Assembly: GCA_048882325.1 (NCBI GenBank)
Contig: JBHLRS010000013.1
Coordinates: forward strand, 1 to 64,000
Length of the DNA: 64,000 nucleotides
DNA from: Candidatus Thorarchaeota archaeon
GTDB lineage: Archaea > Asgardarchaeota > Thorarchaeia > Thorarchaeales > Thorarchaeaceae
Reading direction: 5' to 3'
Shown here: positions 59,922-64,000 of the stretch, one piece after another
Numbering within the stretch: position 1 is the stretch's first letter
Layout: each line of letters starts with the position of its first letter
Program-made: the position numbers and the translations under genes
The notes under the pieces: generated by a model
Seen by the model: the letters and a program-made list of their open reading frames with translations, nothing else
The model's database searches: none
Told to the model about the DNA's origin: nothing

Positions 59922-60666
59922 TACGGGTTAGCTCTCCTAGCTCCATCTTATATTGGTGGACATTCGATTGATTGATTATTCCCTCGTCATGAGTCATAAC
60001 AATCACAGCCTTTCCTTGTTTGTTCAAATCACGAAGCAGGTCTCGAATCATTTGTCCACTTTCACCATCAAGATTGGCTGTGGGCTCATCTGCGAGAATG
60101 ATAGGAGGATCATTAGCCATAGCGCGTGCTATCGCGATTCGTTGTTGTTCGCCAGAACTGAGCTGCCACGGAAGATGGTCAGCACGATCCTCCAACTCAA
60201 CTCTCTCGAGAAGCTTCATTGCCTCTTCTCGTAACAGTGAATGACTCCGCTCATAAAGCTGCATAGGAAACATCACATTCTCAACAGCAGTTAAGGTGGA
60301 AACTAGATTATAGCTCTGAAAGATGAAGCCTGTGTTGTTGAGTCTGAAGGATGCACGAAATGATTCATCATAGTCATTGATGGGAACATCCATGACAAAC
60401 ACCCGACCATTTGTTGGGAGATCTATTGCTCCGATGATATTCAGGAGAGTTGTCTTTCCAGATCCTGACCTTCCCGAGATTACGACAAAATCACCGGCAT
60501 CGATAATAAGATTGACATCACGCACAGCCCCAATTGTCGTTTTCCCCAATGAGAAGGCTCTCGAAACATTCTGAAGGTCCACTGCGTGACGGACTTCTTC
60601 AAGATCTTCTGCATCCAAATCGTCCCGAGTATAGTCGACCGCATCTAGATAATCGTCATCAGCCAT
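59914..60666 (-). CDS. ABC transporter ATP-binding protein
   Basis: GRSGSGKTT, LSSGEQQR, DEPTANLD; likely start ATG 60666. Confidence 0.92.
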   Translation of the reverse strand: MADDDYLDAVDYTRDDLDAEDLEEVRHAVDLQNVSRAFSLGKTTIGAVRDVNLIIDAGDFVVISGRSGSGKTTLLNIIGAIDLPTNGRVFVMDVPINDYDESFRASFRLNNTGFIFQSYNLVSTLTAVENVMFPMQLYERSHSLLREEAMKLLERVELEDRADHLPWQLSSGEQQRIAIARAMANDPPIILADEPTANLDGESGQMIRDLLRDLNKQGKAVIVMTHDEGIINQSNVHQYKMELGELTRNV

Positions 60667-60729
60667 TACTTGCCACCTTGATAGGTGGCGAATGACTCTC
60701 AACCCAAGATAAGCGTAAGGGTTGAACAA

Positions 60730-61545
60730 CTAATGTACCAAAATGGCCTGAACATCAAGCGCTGAACGGGCCCAGTCTGTGAGTAGTACAGGTTTCTCTC
60801 TACCAAACACCTTCACTGATCGAAGAATATCCGCATCAAGAAGACTACTGATATAGTAGGAGATTAGGCTCTTATCCACATCTAGTGTTCTACTTATCAC
60901 GGCTTGAGTTGTCTGACCATTAGATGCACATTCACTGAGGATTGATCCCACAGTGGGATTACGCGCCATGGCTGTAAGAAGCATCACCTTTTCATCAGAG
61001 GAGTAGTCAGGTGTGAATAAGTGTCGAACATTGCCATTCCTGAGTGATACAACCTGTCCATCCTCTTCGAGCGCACGAAGATGGTACTGGAGTGCGCCCA
61101 TGGCACATCCAATAATTCGATGAAGTTCGCGAAGGTGAATACCAGGATTAGCTGATACCTCTCCGAGGATTCGATCACGAAGTTTCTGAAGTCGACGGTC
61201 TTCTCTCCTGTCAATTGAGACAGTTCCAATCGCAAGAACGAGAAATCCTAAATCAAGTGCAGTGAAAAGCGAATTAGACCAGGCTATGTTAGTGCCTCCA
61301 GAGTTCCAAGTAAATACCTTAGCATCAATAGAGAGGTTTTCAATAATAGTAGATTTCCCAATACAGAACGACAGTGCCTCAAATTGTGCGAGGTTATCAT
61401 TTGCACTCAGTGTGGGAGACAAGTCCTGAGCCAATGGCTCTACACCACCAAAACCCGCTCCAGATAGAACTACACCTAGAACGCCCCATGAGAGGAGGGC
61501 AAGTGAGAATCCAACTAGGATATGTTTGGTGAACCGTCTATTCAT
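60730..61545 (-). CDS. Membrane-anchored double winged-helix transcriptional regulator
   Basis: Two TM segments, then NPGIHLREL...GALQYHL and TQAVISRTL...SLISYYI. Confidence 0.8.
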   Translation of the reverse strand: MNRRFTKHILVGFSLALLSWGVLGVVLSGAGFGGVEPLAQDLSPTLSANDNLAQFEALSFCIGKSTIIENLSIDAKVFTWNSGGTNIAWSNSLFTALDLGFLVLAIGTVSIDRREDRRLQKLRDRILGEVSANPGIHLRELHRIIGCAMGALQYHLRALEEDGQVVSLRNGNVRHLFTPDYSSDEKVMLLTAMARNPTVGSILSECASNGQTTQAVISRTLDVDKSLISYYISSLLDADILRSVKVFGREKPVLLTDWARSALDVQAILVH

Positions 61546-61617
61546 GTCCTAACTTCCATCAGCAAATCCTAATAGCATTTTGCAGTTAAAAACTACGTTT
61601 GTTGAAATTTCGCACTA

Positions 61618-62172
61618 CTACGTGGCTCCACGTGCTGGATAGGTCATTGTAATTTTGAATGTGCAGCTCTCTTCACCAGCAGACATACAAGTGTCTTCTG
61701 TGACGATCAACTTCTCATACTCAATTCTATTGAAGTCGGTTAAGTACTCAAGAACTGCCTCTACGAATCCCTTCAAGAAGAAACAAGATGGTTCTTCAGC
61801 TTCATAACCCGAAGCATATGGATTGTCACCAATTTCTATAATCGCTTCTTCATCCAACCAAAGTTTGTAGAGTTTAGCAATCCGAACATCACCAAATGGA
61901 ACAATCAAAGTTTCGAGAGCCATTTTGATGAACTCGATGATTCCCTTAAAATCACCAGGAGGTTTTTGCTTCCCAATCTTGAAGTATTCTCTTTGAGCTT
62001 CAAGTCCTGCAAGACGTCCAGCTGAGTAATAGAGGTCCTTTACTCGATCTGGGAACATGACTGCAATCCTGCTCCCGAGTTTGTTCCAGGTCTTCGCGAA
62101 GAATGCAACCATTAAGTCACGTTCCTTGAGTCGACCTTGCCACCAAGGAATCACCTTATCTTGATCTGACAT
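61618..62172 (-). CDS. V4R/TRAPP-like domain protein
   Basis: LYYSAGRLAG, EPSCFFLKGFVEA, EDTCMSAGEESCTF. Confidence 0.8.
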   Translation of the reverse strand: MSDQDKVIPWWQGRLKERDLMVAFFAKTWNKLGSRIAVMFPDRVKDLYYSAGRLAGLEAQREYFKIGKQKPPGDFKGIIEFIKMALETLIVPFGDVRIAKLYKLWLDEEAIIEIGDNPYASGYEAEEPSCFFLKGFVEAVLEYLTDFNRIEYEKLIVTEDTCMSAGEESCTFKITMTYPARGAT

Positions 62173-62240
62173 TTCTAGGCCTCGTTGTCACTGACAGATG
62201 ATGAAATGATGTTTAATTGCTTTATGTGTGTGTGATACAT

Positions 62241-62714
62241 CTATACTAGACGGACATTCCATACGCATGCATCTGCACCGGTGGCTTGGCTCATCTCTTG
62301 GAAGACCTTTGCATCAACACCTTTGAACTCCAGAATAGACTGGAGTATTCCACTAAAGACCTCACAGTACCCAAAACCCCGCATTCCTTCAAGGTTTACT
62401 TCTTGGCACCACACGCACTTGTCATCTGTAATCCTTACTGATCCGCGAGCTGTTTTCATATCAACATCTTTGGGTTTCTTATCGAATAAGGTGCGATATA
62501 CAATTTCAATCAGCTTGGCAACATCCTCGCGGGTTGTGACATTATCCTTTGTTTTTTCAACAATCTCTGTGTTAAGGTAGATTTGCTGACCAATCTCGCA
62601 TCCAAGGTCTCGTAGTTTCTGATTTGCTTCTTCGATGTTTTCTGTTTCAGACAAAACCTTCTCGACATAATAGGAGTATAAGCTAATTAACAAAGGATTT
62701 TCAATCTTGGGCAT
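62241..62714 (-). CDS. Bet3/TRAPPC3-like protein
   Basis: KIENPLLISLYSYYVEKVLSETENIEEANQKLRDLGCEIG parallels the Bet3 N-terminus; YCEVFSGILQSILE parallels Bet3 YSN.LCG.LRGALE. Confidence 0.8.
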   Translation of the reverse strand: MPKIENPLLISLYSYYVEKVLSETENIEEANQKLRDLGCEIGQQIYLNTEIVEKTKDNVTTREDVAKLIEIVYRTLFDKKPKDVDMKTARGSVRITDDKCVWCQEVNLEGMRGFGYCEVFSGILQSILEFKGVDAKVFQEMSQATGADACVWNVRLV

Positions 62715-62737
62715 TATATGTACACCTTCTCTGAAAT

Positions 62738-63742
62738 CTAGAGGGTCTTTCCGATTAATTTCAGACCGTGTTTTCTGTATTTGGCAATTGTTTGTACAAC
62801 CCTAGGTAGTGGAACACTCAATTCTTCGGCAATCTGTTCAGTAGTTCGAGTGCCATCACACAACCTAATGATGTTTTGATCATTATTCGCGACTTTCTTC
62901 ATATCACCCTCATAATGTGGACATTTAACATATCGTCCCATTGCACTAGTCGCTGATGCTGAAACTTCCTCACCCTCTGTAAGTTGCGGAACCGTGATTA
63001 TACCTCGTGAAGCTCCCCACTTCAGTAAATCTATTACCCTATTGTTTGGCTGAAACATTGAGTCTGCAATTTTCTCTACACTGTTGGCACCATCAACCAG
63101 CATTAGAACATCAAAGCCAAAGTTTCGATAGAGTTTCTTCATCTCTGTGTACAGCTTTGAGTCCAGAGAGAGTGCGTTAGAATACCTTGGACCTCTCTCA
63201 GGGACAGTAGTAGGCTGAACATTGAATGACTCTGGTGGTGGAAGATCCTCAACTGGAGTGGGAGATTCTTCCACAACTGGTGGTGTGGCTACTTCAGGTT
63301 CAGGTCGTGGAGTTGTATCAGGTGCTTCAGTGGATTCGATAGAAGCTGCATTGATTGCGATGCTCTCTAGAACCTGCAGATTGGATTCTACTGATTCCTC
63401 GAACTCCTCTGGAGGAGGTGGTAGTTCAATTCCTTCTAACAATCTGAGAACGTTCTTTGTCTTAGCAATAGCCAGTCCAAGCTGGAGCTCTGGTACGTAT
63501 AGAACAGTCAAAATCCAGTTGTCATCAACGGGGGAGAGAACAACAAGCCCACGATCAGTATCAATGGTCATAAGTCGTAAATCACTCTTATAGAGGGCTA
63601 TGCTATCCTTCACTCGTGGGAATAGTTCATCCGGAAATGCAAAGCTGACAAAAGGTCTACCAACCTTTGTCATCAATGAATAACCCAATACTTGGTCATC
63701 GAATCTCAACTTGGATAAAGCGCGTTCCAAATCTTTGGACAT
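62738..63742 (-). CDS. Roadblock/longin-like domain, Pro/Glu linker, two winged-helix repeats
   Basis: VLGYSLMTKVG...QLGLAIAK; LMLVDGANSVEKIA and IRLCDGTRTTEQIA; likely start ATG 63742. Confidence 0.6.
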   Translation of the reverse strand: MSKDLERALSKLRFDDQVLGYSLMTKVGRPFVSFAFPDELFPRVKDSIALYKSDLRLMTIDTDRGLVVLSPVDDNWILTVLYVPELQLGLAIAKTKNVLRLLEGIELPPPPEEFEESVESNLQVLESIAINAASIESTEAPDTTPRPEPEVATPPVVEESPTPVEDLPPPESFNVQPTTVPERGPRYSNALSLDSKLYTEMKKLYRNFGFDVLMLVDGANSVEKIADSMFQPNNRVIDLLKWGASRGIITVPQLTEGEEVSASATSAMGRYVKCPHYEGDMKKVANNDQNIIRLCDGTRTTEQIAEELSVPLPRVVQTIAKYRKHGLKLIGKTL

Positions 63743-63889
63743 AATGTATACCTCACGGACACTGGTCTGAATAATAATGGCTGTCCCTGCTATTCTCTCG
63801 AAGTTCGTCTGAAAAGGATTGTGGTGGTGAAGCAAGTTGAGACTCGTCAAAAACGGTTAAGAGGGGTTCGAGTCTGCCGATTAACTACA

Positions 63890-64000
63890 ATGAAGAACTT
63901 TGTTGGCGGTCTACTAGCGGTTTTCATAGGTTCTATGGTCATAGTAATGTTCCTGGGACTTACGCAACCGGTTTATCCAGAACCGTTCAACATTTTCTGG
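63890..64000 (+). CDS. Start of a membrane protein, truncated by the window end
   Basis: MKNFVGGLLAVFIGSMVIVMFLGLTQPVYPEPFNIFW, open to the end of the window. Confidence 0.5.
   Translation, partial: MKNFVGGLLAVFIGSMVIVMFLGLTQPVYPEPFNIFW

Noticed and set aside
1-64000. CRISPR arrays, rRNA, transposases, integrases, prophage
   Set aside because: No regularly spaced repeats, rRNA signatures or mobile-element proteins recognised anywhere in the window.

Overview
Gene-dense archaeal chromosome segment, almost certainly from an Asgard archaeon and most consistent with Thorarchaeia. The assignment is inferred from gene content: a Bet3/TRAPP-like plus V4R pair, roadblock and longin proteins, four small GTPases, a stand-alone EF-2 paralog, eS26, class I LysRS, the archaeal PoK/PPS CoA route and tetraether synthase. 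It holds about 65 CDS and one tRNA-Gln(CUG); I saw no CRISPR array, rRNA or recognisable mobile element. Things the ORF track misses or hides: (1) selD is a selenoprotein with an in-frame TGA (GUSCK), and a kink-turn, eukaryote-like SECIS whose AUGA core is built from the gene's own UGA stop codon; (2) a ~200-nt highly structured intergenic RNA of unknown family between an NPRL2/uDENN-like gene and a longin-Arf GTPase gene; (3) a pseudoknot-forming leader plus an SD-sequestering hairpin upstream of the EF-2 paralog; (4) a 58-aa CdrS-like RHH gene divergent from a Rab-like GTPase. Also notable: an IleRS with the GxHH signature linked to mupirocin hyper-resistance, a SNAP-like/PCI protein, a CWB2-repeat C25-like surface protease, and a TRAPP/V4R/roadblock-wHTH operon. 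All family calls come from motif recognition by eye; no database searches were run.
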